DNA from: Eledone cirrhosa
Taxonomy: Eukaryota
Assembly (NCBI GenBank): GCA_964016885.1
Contig: OZ024766.1
Location: forward strand, 17,050,001-17,114,000
Reading direction: 5' to 3'
Length of the DNA stretch: 64,000 nt
Shown: one piece after another, positions 27,901 to 39,900 of the stretch
Layout: the number at the start of each line of letters is the position of its first letter
How positions within the stretch are numbered: position 1 is the stretch's first letter
Made by a program: the position numbers and the translations under genes
The notes under the pieces: model-generated
The model's database searches: none
What the model saw: only the letters and a program-made list of their open reading frames with translations
Told to the model about the DNA's origin: nothing

Positions 27901-30900
27901 CTTGCAAGCAGGGGAAAGCAGACATAAAATGATGATGATGATGATGATGATGAAGTGGAAGTGGAGGAGAACTCACCTGAAATTTCTCTTCCCTTGTTGC
28001 CGAGATAAATCCTGGATCCGACCGCCAGCTTTTCCACAAGTTGTACAACATCGCGGCAGAGAGGAGTCCAAATATGAGGGGGATGGTGTTGGTTGAATGA
28101 TCTGGTTTAGACATATGTTAAGGAAGCACTGGATAGATGGACAACAGATGACCAACTGGACATACACACAGCTGTAGAGAGGGTGAGATGACCAACTCAG
28201 TCTGTGTGTGTGTGTGTATGTGTCTATATATATATAAAAGCAAGTCGGTCTGTGTGTGTGTGTGTGTATCTGTCTGTGTACAAATACGAGGCTCCTTTTA
28301 ACTTTTGAAGTACTAGGCCAATTTCAACCAGATTTGGCACACATGTTGCTTATATGCCAGAGCAGGTTTTGGACAAAAACAAATTTGAAAAAAATCGGAT
28401 ATTGGGGCCGAAAAATCGATTTTGTGTGTGTATCTGTCTGTGTACAAATACGAGGCTCCTTTTAACTTTTGAAGTACTAGGCCAATTTCAACCAGATTTG
28501 GCACACATGTTGCTTATATGCCAGAGCAGGTTTTGGACAAAAACAAATTTGAAAAAAATCGGATATTGGGGCCGAAAAATCGATTTTGTGTGTGTATCTG
28601 TCTGTGTACAAATACGAGGCTCCTTTTAACTTTTGAAGTACTAGGCCAATTTCAACCAGATTTGGCACACATGTTGCTTATATGCCAGAGCAGGTTTTGG
28701 ACAAAAACAAATTTGAAAAAAATCGGATATTGGGGCCGAAAAATCGATTTTGTGTGTGTATCTGTCTGTGTACAAATACGAGGCTCCTTTTAACTTTTGA
28801 AGTACTAGGCCAATTTCAACCAGATTTGGCACACATGTTGCTTATATGCCAGAGCAGGTTTTGGACAAAAACAAATTTGAAAAAAATCGGATATTGGGGC
28901 CGAAAAATCGATTTTGTGTGTGTATCTGTCTGTGTACAAATACGAGGCTCCTTTTAACTTTTGAAGTACTAGGCCAATTTCAACCAGATTTGGCACACAT
29001 GTTGCTTATATGCCAGAGCAGGTTTTGGACAAAAACAAATTTGAAAAAAATCGGATATTGGGGCCGAAAAATCGATTTTGTGTGTGTATCTGTCTGTGTA
29101 CAAATACGAGGCTCCTTTTAACTTTTGAAGTACTAGGCCAATTTCAACCAGATTTGGCACACATGTTGCTTATATGCCAGAGCAGGTTTTGGACAAAAAC
29201 AAATTTGAAAAAAATCGGATATTGGGGCCGAAAAATCGATTTTGTGTGTGTATCTGTCTGTGTACAAATACGAGGCTCCTTTTAACTTTTGAAGTACTAG
29301 GCCAATTTCAACCAGATTTGGCACACATGTTGCTTATATGCCAGAGCAGGTTTTGGACAAAAACAAATTTGAAAAAAATCGGATATTGGGGCCGAAAAAT
29401 CGATTTTGTGTGTGTATCTGTCTGTGTACAAATACGAGGCTCCTTTTAACTTTTGAAGTACTAGGCCAATTTCAACCAGATTTGGCACACATGTTGCTTA
29501 TATGCCAGAGCAGGTTTTGGACAAAAACAAATTTGAAAAAAATCGGATATTGGGGCCGAAAAATCGATTTTGTGTGTGTATCTGTCTGTGTACAAATACG
29601 AGGCTCCTTTTAACTTTTGAAGTACTAGGCCAATTTCAACCAGATTTGGCACACATGTTGCTTATATGCCAGAGCAGGTTTTGGACAAAAACAAATTTGA
29701 AAAAAATCGGATATTGGGGCCGAAAAATCGATTTTGTGTGTGTATCTGTCTGTGTACAAATACGAGGCTCCTTTTAACTTTTGAAGTACTAGGCCAATTT
29801 CAACCAGATTTGGCACACATGTTGCTTATATGCCAGAGCAGGTTTTGGACAAAAACAAATTTGAAAAAAATCGGATATTGGGGCCGAAAAATCGATTTTG
29901 TGTGTGTATCTGTCTGTGTACAAATACGAGGCTCCTTTTAACTTTTGAAGTACTAGGCCAATTTCAACCAGATTTGGCACACATGTTGCTTATATGCCAG
30001 AGCAGGTTTTGGACAAAAACAAATTTGAAAAAAATCGGATATTGGGGCCGAAAAATCGATTTTGTGTGTGTATCTGTCTGTGTACAAATACGAGGCTCCT
30101 TTTAACTTTTGAAGTACTAGGCCAATTTCAACCAGATTTGGCACACATGTTGCTTATATGCCAGAGCAGGTTTTGGACAAAAACAAATTTGAAAAAAATC
30201 GGATATTGGGGCCGAAAAATCGATTTTGTGTGTGTATCTGTCTGTGTACAAATACGAGGCTCCTTTTAACTTTTGAAGTACTAGGCCAATTTCAACCAGA
30301 TTTGGCACACATGTTGCTTAAATGCCAGAGCAGGTTTTGGACAAAAACAAATTTGAAAAAAATCGGATATTGGGGCCGAAAAATCGATTTTGTGTGTGTA
30401 TCTGTCTGTGTACAAATCCGAGGCTCCTTTTAACTTTTGAAGTACTAGGCCAATTTCAACCAGATTTGGCACACATGTTGCTTAAATGCCAGAGCAGGTT
30501 TTGGACAAAAACAAATTTGAAAAAAATCGGATATTGGGGCCGAAAAATCGATTTTGTGTGTGTATCTGTCTGTGTACAAATCCGAGGCTCCTTTTAACTT
30601 TTGAAGTACTAGGCCAATTTCAACCAGATTTGGCACACATGTTGCTTAAATGCCAGAGCAGGTTTTGGACAAAAACAAATTTGAAAAAAATCGGATATTG
30701 GGGCCGAAAAATCGATTTTGTGTGTGTATCTGTCTGTGTACAAATACGAGGCTCCTTTTAACTTTTGAAGTACTAGGCCAATTTCAACCAGATTTGGCAC
30801 ACATGTTGCTTATATGCCAGAGCAGGTTTTGGACAAAAACAAATTTGAAAAAAATCGGATATTGGGGCCGAAAAATCGATTTTGTGTGTGTATCTGTCTG

Positions 30901-33900
30901 TGTACAAATACGAGGCTCCTTTTAACTTTTGAAGTACTAGGCCAATTTCAACCAGATTTGGCACACATGTTGCTTAAATGCCAGAGCAGGTTTTGGACAA
31001 AAACAAATTTGAAAAAAATCGGATATTGGGGCCGAAAAATCGATTTTGTGTGTCTATCTGTCTGTGTACAAATACGAGGCTCCTTTTAACTTTTGAAGTA
31101 CTAGGCCAATTTCAACCAGATTTGGCACACATGTTGCTTATATGCCAGAGCAGGTTTTGGACAAAAACAAATTTGAAAAAAATCGGATATTGGGGCCGAA
31201 AAATCGATTTTGTGTGTCTATCTGTCTGTGTACAAATACGAGGCTCCTTTTAACTTTTGAAGTACTAGGCCAATTTCAACCAGATTTGGCACACATGTTG
31301 CTTATATGCCAGAGCAGGTTTTGGACAAAAACAAATTTGAAAAAAATCGGATATTGGGGCCGAAAAATCGATTTTGTGTGTGTATCTGTCTGTGTACAAA
31401 TCCGAGGCTCCTTTTAACTTTTGAAGTACTAGGCCAATTTCAACCAGATTTGGCACACATGTTGCTTATATGCCAGAGCAGGTTTTGGACAAAAACAAAT
31501 TTGAAAAAAAATCGGATATTGGGGCCGAAAAATCGATTTTGTGTGTGTATCTGTCTGTGTACAAATACGAGGCTCCTTTTAACTTTTGAAGTACTAGGCC
31601 AATTTCAACCAGATTTGGCACACATGTTGCTTAAATGCCAGAGCAGGTTTTGGACAAAAACAAATTTGAAAAAAATCGGATATTGGGGCCGAAAAATCGA
31701 TTTTGTGTGTGTATCTGTCTGTGTACAAATACGAGGCTCCTTTTAACTTTTGAAGTACTAGGCCAATTTCAACCAGATTTGGCACACATGTTGCTTATAT
31801 GCCAGAGCAGGTTTTGGACAAAAACAAATTTGAAAAAAATCGGATATTGGGGCCGAAAAATCGATTTTGTGTGTGTATCTGTATGTATACAAATACTAGG
31901 CTCCTTTTAACTCAAATCTTCAAAAATACGGTGAAAGCTATTCTATTTTCTAATATATATATTGTCTATATATATATTGTCTATATGCTTCAGCTTGTAC
32001 CCATGGGAGGTCGGGTACTCTGTATTACTGCGTGACGCCAGAGGTCACGGTCGTGTGTCATCGCCTTTGAGAGATGTAATTGGGTAAGGTCGGCTTTTAT
32101 CACCTCATCCCAGGTCTTCTTGGGTCTCCCCACTCCGCGGTTTCTATCAACTTCTAGTGCTCTGCACCTTTTTATGCAGCTGCCATCCTTCATACGCATC
32201 ACATGTCCATACCAGCGTACATGTCCATTCCAAATATGATTTTGTTTACAGTATTCTTTCTGCCTTTGTTAATACTATAGCTTTAAAGAATTAGCTTTTA
32301 ATGAACTCCCTTTTCTTTAAATCCTTCAACCAATGACCTCCACCCATCCCAATCCCCACCCTCTCCTACCACCAGAAAAGAAAAGATATAAATACTACTA
32401 TTTACTTGGAAAGCCAGCTCCCTGATGATTTCCCACGAATGAAACAGTTCTAGTCGTGTAGAAGCTCTTCTATATTAAAACTATATATATATAAATATAA
32501 ATGAAGTATTTCCGTAGGAAAGGTAAAGGAAAAAAAAGAGTGCTCTATGTAGGCTACAGAGCTTTTTAGTTATGTAATAAACAACAACATAGGATAATTA
32601 TTCCATTTACCAAAGGTTTCACGAAGACAGACAAGCTTGAGACGTCTGCCTTCAATCATCAGAAATCTCGCTTCCATTTTCATAAAATACATTCTGATGA
32701 TTGAAGGCAGACCTAAGTGACAAGCTCGTCTGTCTTCGTGAAACCTTTGGTAAATGGAATAATTATCTCATGTTGTTTATTACATAACTAAATATATATA
32801 TATATGATGTGTTGTTTCCTTGAGCAAGAGACTTTATTTCAAATTGCTCCAGTTTACTCAGCTGTAGAAATGAGATGATAGGGACAGGGGTCCCTATCAT
32901 TCCACTGCAAAGTGGTCGTGGAGGTGCCACGGCAAAAAAGCACCCAGCCCTCACTGTAAAGTGGTCGTGGAGGTGCCACGGCAAAAAAGCACCCAGCACT
33001 CACTGTAAAGTGGTCGTGGAGGTGTCACGGCAAAAAAGCACCCAGCACTCACTGTAAAGTGGTCGTGGAGGTGCCACGGCAAAAAAGCACCCAGCACTCA
33101 CTGTAAAGTGGTCGTGGAGGTGCCACGGCAAAAAAGCACCCAGCACTCACTGTAAAGTGGTCGTGGAGGTGCCACGGCAAAAAAGCACCCAGCACTCACT
33201 GTAAAGTGGTCGTGGAGGTGCCACGGCAAAAAAGCACCCAGCACTCACTGTAAAGTGGTCGTGGAAGTGCCACAGCAAAAAAGCAGCCAGCACTCACTGT
33301 AAATGAGGTTGGTGTTAGGAAGGGCATCCAGCTGTAGAAATCAAGCCAGAATCAGTTCCCGTCCCACCCTTGCAAGCAGGGAAAAGCGGACGTAAAATGA
33401 TGATGATGATGATGATGATATCAGAAAAGAAGGTTGACATGGTTTGCTATACAAAAAAAGGTTTTTAATCTCATAGCTGACAATTGTTTCTCTGAACTGG
33501 TAGGTCTAGAGATCGCCATTCGCTTATTTTCGCGTTACTCGATCGCCAATACAAAATTATAACCAGTCAGATCTTCGGAGCATGCGAGAATGAAGAAAAT
33601 ACACAGGCAAGAAAAGAATATACAGGCTACTATATGAAGTAGTAATGGCATTCAGTTAGAACAATAACAACAATTACAACAATGCTATTAATAAATTATT
33701 TGAGGAGACCCTGACATTACTTAGGTGGGGGGTATAATGTATCTAACATTACGGCGTGTAAAACTAGCTGTCATGAGGCAAAAGTAAGAGTTTGGCATGT
33801 ACAGAGTATCGAAGTGTGTATCAATTTTAAATTATAAAGATAAGCCAGTGCTCACATATATATACATATATGTGAGCGTGTGTGTGTGTATATATAGTGG

Positions 33901-36900
33901 CATGCATGTATAAAGTGTAAGAATAATATTAAGGATACAAGGCCACAAACAAAGAAACCAAGTAGCATATAACCAGAAGAGGGTGGCAAGGGACACATAT
34001 TTCGGGACGACCACGCTGACATTGTTGTCAAAAAATAGCCTGAAATATACAACAGATATATATTATATTATACATACATCATCATTCATCATCCACTTCA
34101 TTTTACGTCCGCTTTTTCCCTGCTTGCAAGGGTGGGACGGGAACTGATTCTGGCTTGATTTCTACAGCTGGATGCCCTTCCTAACACCAACCTCATTTAC
34201 AGTGAGTGCTGGGTGCTTTTTTGTCATGGCACCTCCACGACCACTTTACAGTGAGTGCTGGGTGCTTTTTTGCCGTGGCACCTCCACGACCACATTACAG
34301 TGTGGGCTGGGTGCTTTTTTGCCGTGGCACCTCCACGACCACTTTACAGTGGAATGATAGGGACCCTAGTCCCTATCATCTCATTTCTACAGCTGAGTAA
34401 ACTGGAGCAATGTGAAATAAAGTGTCTTGTTCAAGGACATAACGCATCGCCTGGTCCGGGAATCGAACTCACAACCTCACGATTGCTAATCAAATTCTCT
34501 AACAACTCAGCCACACACCTTCACATATACATATGGAGGCACATGGCTTAGTGGTTAGAGCATTGGCCTTGTAATCGAAAGGTTGTGAGTTCAATTCTCA
34601 GACCGGGTGATGTGTTGTTTCCTTGAGCAAGACACTTTATTTCACATTGCTCCAGTTTACTCAGCTGTAGAAATGAGATGATAGGGAGTGGGGTCCCTAT
34701 CATTCCACTGCAAAGTGGTCGTGGAGGTGCCACGGCAAAAAAAGCACCCGGCACTCACTGTAAAGTGGTCGTGGAGGTGCCATGGCAAAAAAAGCACCCG
34801 GCACTCACTGTAAAGTGGTCATGGAGGTGTCACGGCAAAAAAGCACCCAGCACTCACTGTAAAGTGGACATGTAGGCACCACAGCAAAAAAAAAATCACC
34901 CAGCACTCACTGTAAAGTGGTCGTGGAGGTGCCACGGCAAAAAAAGCACCCAGCACTCACTGTAAAGTGGTCGTGGAGGTGCCACGGCAAAAAAAGCACC
35001 CAGCACTCACTGTAAAGTGGTCGTGGAGGTGCCATGACAAAAAAGCACCCAGCACTCACTGTAAAGTGGTCGTGGAGGTGCCATGACAAAAAAGCACCCA
35101 GCACTCACTGTAAAGTGGTCGTGGAGGTGCCTCGGCATAAAAGCACCCAGCACTCACTGTAAAGTGGTCGTGGAGGTACCATGACAAAAAATCACCCAGC
35201 ACTCACTGTAAAGTGGTCGTGGAGGTGCCTCGGCATAAAAGCACCCAGCACTCACTGTAAAGTGGTCATGGAGGTGCCACGGCTAAAAAGCACCCAGCAC
35301 TCACTGTAAAGTGGACAAGTAGGCGCCACAGCAAAAGAAGCACCCAGCACTCACTGTAAATGAGGTTGGTGTTAAGAAGGGCATCCAGCTGTAGAAATCA
35401 AGCCAGAATCAGTTCCCGTCCCACCCTTGCAAGCAGGGAAAAAGCGGACGCAAAATGAAATGATGATATTAAGGGTGTTTATATGAAAAGGAGAGCGTCT
35501 ATATACTTACTCTATAGTCAATTTGGCAATTCCAGCAGCAAGTACATAGATAAGAAGTTTATAGTACCACCTCAAGGACAGCTCCGGGATGTAACCCAAC
35601 ACAAACACAGCCACAAACGGGTACACACTCATCACATTGGTACGGACACTCTGAAATATAGAGAAGAGCTGAGCTGAGCTGCGCGGACACTTGTTTACGT
35701 TACATCAAGAACTGTGTATATAGTAATATTAATAAATGTTTCTGCTTTTGGGGGCACAAGGCCAGCAATTCCCCCAGTGTATTACTGGTACTTTATTTTA
35801 TCAACCTCCTATAATAATTGTTTCTACACCACACCACACCACACCACACCACACTACACTACACCTCACCACACCACACTACATTACACCACACCACACT
35901 ACACCACACCACACTACACTACACCACACTACACTACACCACACCACATTACACTACACCACACTACACTACACCACACTACACTACACTACACCATGAC
36001 ACACCACACTACGACACCACCGCACCACACCACTCCATACCACACTACACCACTCCATACCACACTACACCACACCATACCACACTACACTACACTACGA
36101 CACACACCACCGCACCACACCACTCCATACCACACTACACCGCACCACACTACACTACACCATACCACACCACACCACCGCACCACACCACACCACACCA
36201 CTTACCTTTTTAGCAGTAAGCACCTGTAGGCAATGTTTGTGTCCTATCCCCCGTTCTGCCCTCGCTGTGCGCAGCCAACGAATTACTGACCCGTTTTTCA
36301 AGGACATCGCAATGTCCAAAGCAGTTTCACCCTGGAGAGAAAGAAGAGAGCTGAGTAGTGTGTTAGGGTGGGGATAGGGTTGGGGGTTATGTTAGGTTGG
36401 GGTTGGGCTTGGGCTTGGGGGTTAGGGTAGGGGTTGGAGTTAGGGCTAGGGTTTGGGTTTAGGTTGGGATTAGGGGTTAGGTTAGGTTGGGCTTGGAGTT
36501 AGGGTTTATTTGGGATTAGGTTGGGGTTAGGGTTAGGTTAGGCCTAGGTTGGGATTAGGTTGAGGTCAGGGGTTAGGGTTGGGTTGGGTGTTAGGGTTGG
36601 GTTGGGTTGGGGGTTAGGGTTAGGGTTGGGTTGGGGGTTAGGGTTAGGGTTGGGGGTTAGGGTAGGCCTAGGTTGGGATTAGGTTGAGGTCAGGGGTTAG
36701 GGTTAGGGTTAGGGTTAGGGTTAGGGTTGGGTTGGGGGTAGGGTAAGGGTTGGGTTGGGGGTAGGGTAAGGGTTGGGGATGGGTTGGGGTTTAGGGTAAG
36801 AGTTGGGTTAGGGTTAGGGGGTTGGGGTGATGTGTTAGAGGTTAGGTTAGGTTAGATGTGTGGTATATAAATTATGGGGTTAAGCGCTAGGGTTAAGAGT

Positions 36901-39900
36901 TAGGGGTGTGGTGTGCCTGTATTAGAAGTGGTGTGGTGGGGTGTAAAGTGTGGTCCCCTCCTGAAGCTAGGGTTAGGGTTAAGAGTTAGGGGTGTAAAAA
37001 AGTGTGGTCCCCTCCCTAGGCTAGGGTTAGGGTTAAGAGTTAGGGGTGTAAAAAAGTGTGGTGCCCTCCCTAGGCTAGGGTTAGGGTTAAGAGTTAGGGG
37101 TGTAAAAAAGTGTGGTCCCCTCCCTAGGCTAGGGTTAGGGTTAAGAGTTAGGGGTGTAAAAAAGTGTGGTGCCCTCCCTAGGCTAGGGTTAGGGTTAAGA
37201 GTTAGGGGTGTAAAAAAGTGTGGTGCCCTCCCTAGGCTAGGGTTAGGGTTAAGAGTTAGGGGTGTAAAAAAGTGTGGTGCCCTCCCTAGGCTAGGGTTAG
37301 GGTTAAGAGTTAGGGGTGTAAAAAAGTGTGGTGCCCTCCCTAGGCTAGGGTTAGGGTTAAGAGTTAGGGGTGTAAAAAAGTGTGGTGCCCTCCCTAGGCT
37401 AGGGTTAGGGTTAAGAGTTAGGGGTGTAAAAAAGTGTGGTGCCCTCCCTAGGCTAGGGTTAGGGTTAAGAGTTAGGGGTGTAATGGGGTGAAAAAAGTGT
37501 GGCCCCTCCCTAGGCTAGGGTTAAGAGTTAGGGGGTGTGATGGGGTGAAAAAAAGTGTGGTCCCCTCCCTAGGCTAAGGTTAGGGTTAAGAGTTAGGGGT
37601 GTGATGGGGTGAAAAAAAGTGTGGTCCCCTCCCTAGGCTAGGGTTAGGGTTAAGAGTTAGGGGTGTGGTGGGGTGAAAAAAGTGTGGCCCCTCCCTAGGC
37701 TAGGGTTAGGGGTGTGATGGGGTGAAAAAAGTGTGGTCCCCCCCCTAGGCTAGGGTTAGGGGTGTGATGGGGTGAAAAAAGTGTGGTCCCCCCCCTAGGC
37801 TAGGGTTAGGGGTGTGATGGGGTGAAAAAAGTGTGGTCCCCTCCCTAGGCTAGGGTTAGGGGTGTGATGGGGTGAAAAAAGTGTGGTCCCCTCCCTAGGC
37901 TAGGGTTAGGGGTGTGATGGGGTGAAAAAAGTGTGGTCCCCTCCCTAGGCTAAGGTTAGGGTTAAGAGTTAGGCATGTAAAAAAGTGTGGTCCCCTCCCT
38001 AGGAACTGAACACTTGACCCCCCCCACACGTCTCGACCCTTCACATCTTTAGGGCTTACCTTGGCATTTAAGGCCTCCGTGTTGGCCCCAGCCTCAACCA
38101 GGATCTTGATAACCACCTGGTTACCGTACTGGCACGCCCAATGTAAGGGGCTGTTCTTTTTGGATCTGTCAGCAAAGTTCACGGAGGCCCCAAAGGTCAG
38201 CAGTAATCGAACAGGGTCGTGGCTGAAACAATAACAACAACAACAATGACAACGATGATTTCTATTATAGGGGGGGGGGGGGGGGGTGATTGAGTCGACC
38301 CCCCCCCCCCCCCCCCCCAGTGTATTACTGGTACTTTATTTTATCGACCCCGTAATAATTAAGTACCAGTAATACACTGGGGTAATTGCTGGCCTTGTGC
38401 CTAAAGTAGAGACAATTATTACAGGGTTGGTAAAATAAAGTACCAGTAATACACTGGGGTATTTGCTGGCCTTGTGCCTAAAGCAGAAACAATTATTACA
38501 GGGTTGATAAAATAGTTTCTACTTTTGGGGGCACAAGGCCAGCAAATACCCCAGTGTATTACTGGTACTTTATTTTAGCGTCCGACCCTCTATCGATACT
38601 GCCAATCCATGATTTCTAGTAAAGGCACAAGGCCAGCAATTTGGGGGGGGGGGGGGGGAGTAGTCGATTAAATCGCCCCCAGTGTATTACTGGTGCTTTA
38701 TCTTATCAACCCCCGTAAGGATGAAAGGCAAAGTTAACCTCGACGGGATTTGAACTCAGATCGTAAAGGGCCATAACTATGCTGCAAAGCATGGCATCCG
38801 ACCCTCGACCGATACTGCCAATCCAACACCTTAGGGGTCACTAATAATAATGATTTCATTTATTGGCCACAAGGGCCGACATATAGGGGACAATACAAAA
38901 GACTGGGCCAGTGGGGGTTTTACAGAAAAATCGAGTAAACAATATGAATAACAAAGTAACAAGAAAATTACAACAAGAAAAAATTCCCCAATAGGGGGGG
39001 ATGACCACCCAGGGACCCCACCAATCCTGAACGACCCGACGCTTCACTAATAATAATAACAATTGCTTTAATTGGAGAGAGAGAGGGAATGGGGCGAAGA
39101 GGTTGGAGGTGAACACAAGAAGACTGGTTGAATAACCAACCTGAATACTCGGAAGACTGCCCACATTAACGGGGTCATAACACTCTTATCCGGCATATCA
39201 ACATCTTGACCTTTAGCTATGAGGTAAGCCACTATGTTGCAAAACATGGCGTCTGACCCTCTACCGATACTGCCAATCCAACACCTTAGGGGTCACTAAT
39301 AATGATTTCATTTATTGGCCACAAGGGGTCACTAATAATAATAACAATTGCTTTAATTGGAGAGAGAGAGAGGGAATGGGCCGAAGAGGTTGGAGGTGAA
39401 CACAAGAAGACTGGTTGAACAACTAACCTGAATACTCGGAAGACTGCCCACATTAACGGGGTCATAACACTCTTTTCCGGCATATCAACATCTTGACCTT
39501 TAGCTATGAGGTAAGCCACTATGTTGCAAAACATGGCGTCTGACCCTCTACCGATACTGCCAATCCAACACCTTAGGGGTCACTAATAATAATAGCAATT
39601 GCTTTAATTGGAGAGAGAGAGGGAATGGGCCGAAGAGATTGGAGGTGGACACAAGAAGACTGGTTGAACAACTGACCTGAATACTCGGAAGGCTGCCCAC
39701 ATTAACGGGGTCATACCACTCTTATCCAGCATATCAACATCTTGACCTTTAGCTATGAGGTAAGCAACTATGGCCGTATGACCAAACTGGGCAGCTAGAT
39801 GGATACAGCTACAACCTGACAATAGAAAATATTATATATATATATATATGCAGAGGTTATATTTAATTTGTTGGGATACAACAAGCTTAAAAATATTTTT

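Larger units (their letters stand above)
28102..33938 (-). other. U12-type (minor spliceosome) GT-AG intron
   Basis: 5' splice site GTATCCTT; branch sequence TTCCTTAAC at 28125-28117, about 15 nt before the AG; no polypyrimidine tract. Confidence 0.92.

Noticed and set aside
28256-31910. Repeated 91-aa and 63-aa ORFs
   Set aside because: By-products of the 164-bp satellite, with no recognisable domain.
34535-34610. tRNA gene
   Set aside because: A and B boxes are present but there is no complete cloverleaf; this is a SINE head that continues into the SINE body.
36913-37491. 192-aa repetitive basic ORF
   Set aside because: Translation of the 54-bp TTAGGG-containing minisatellite, antisense within an intron.
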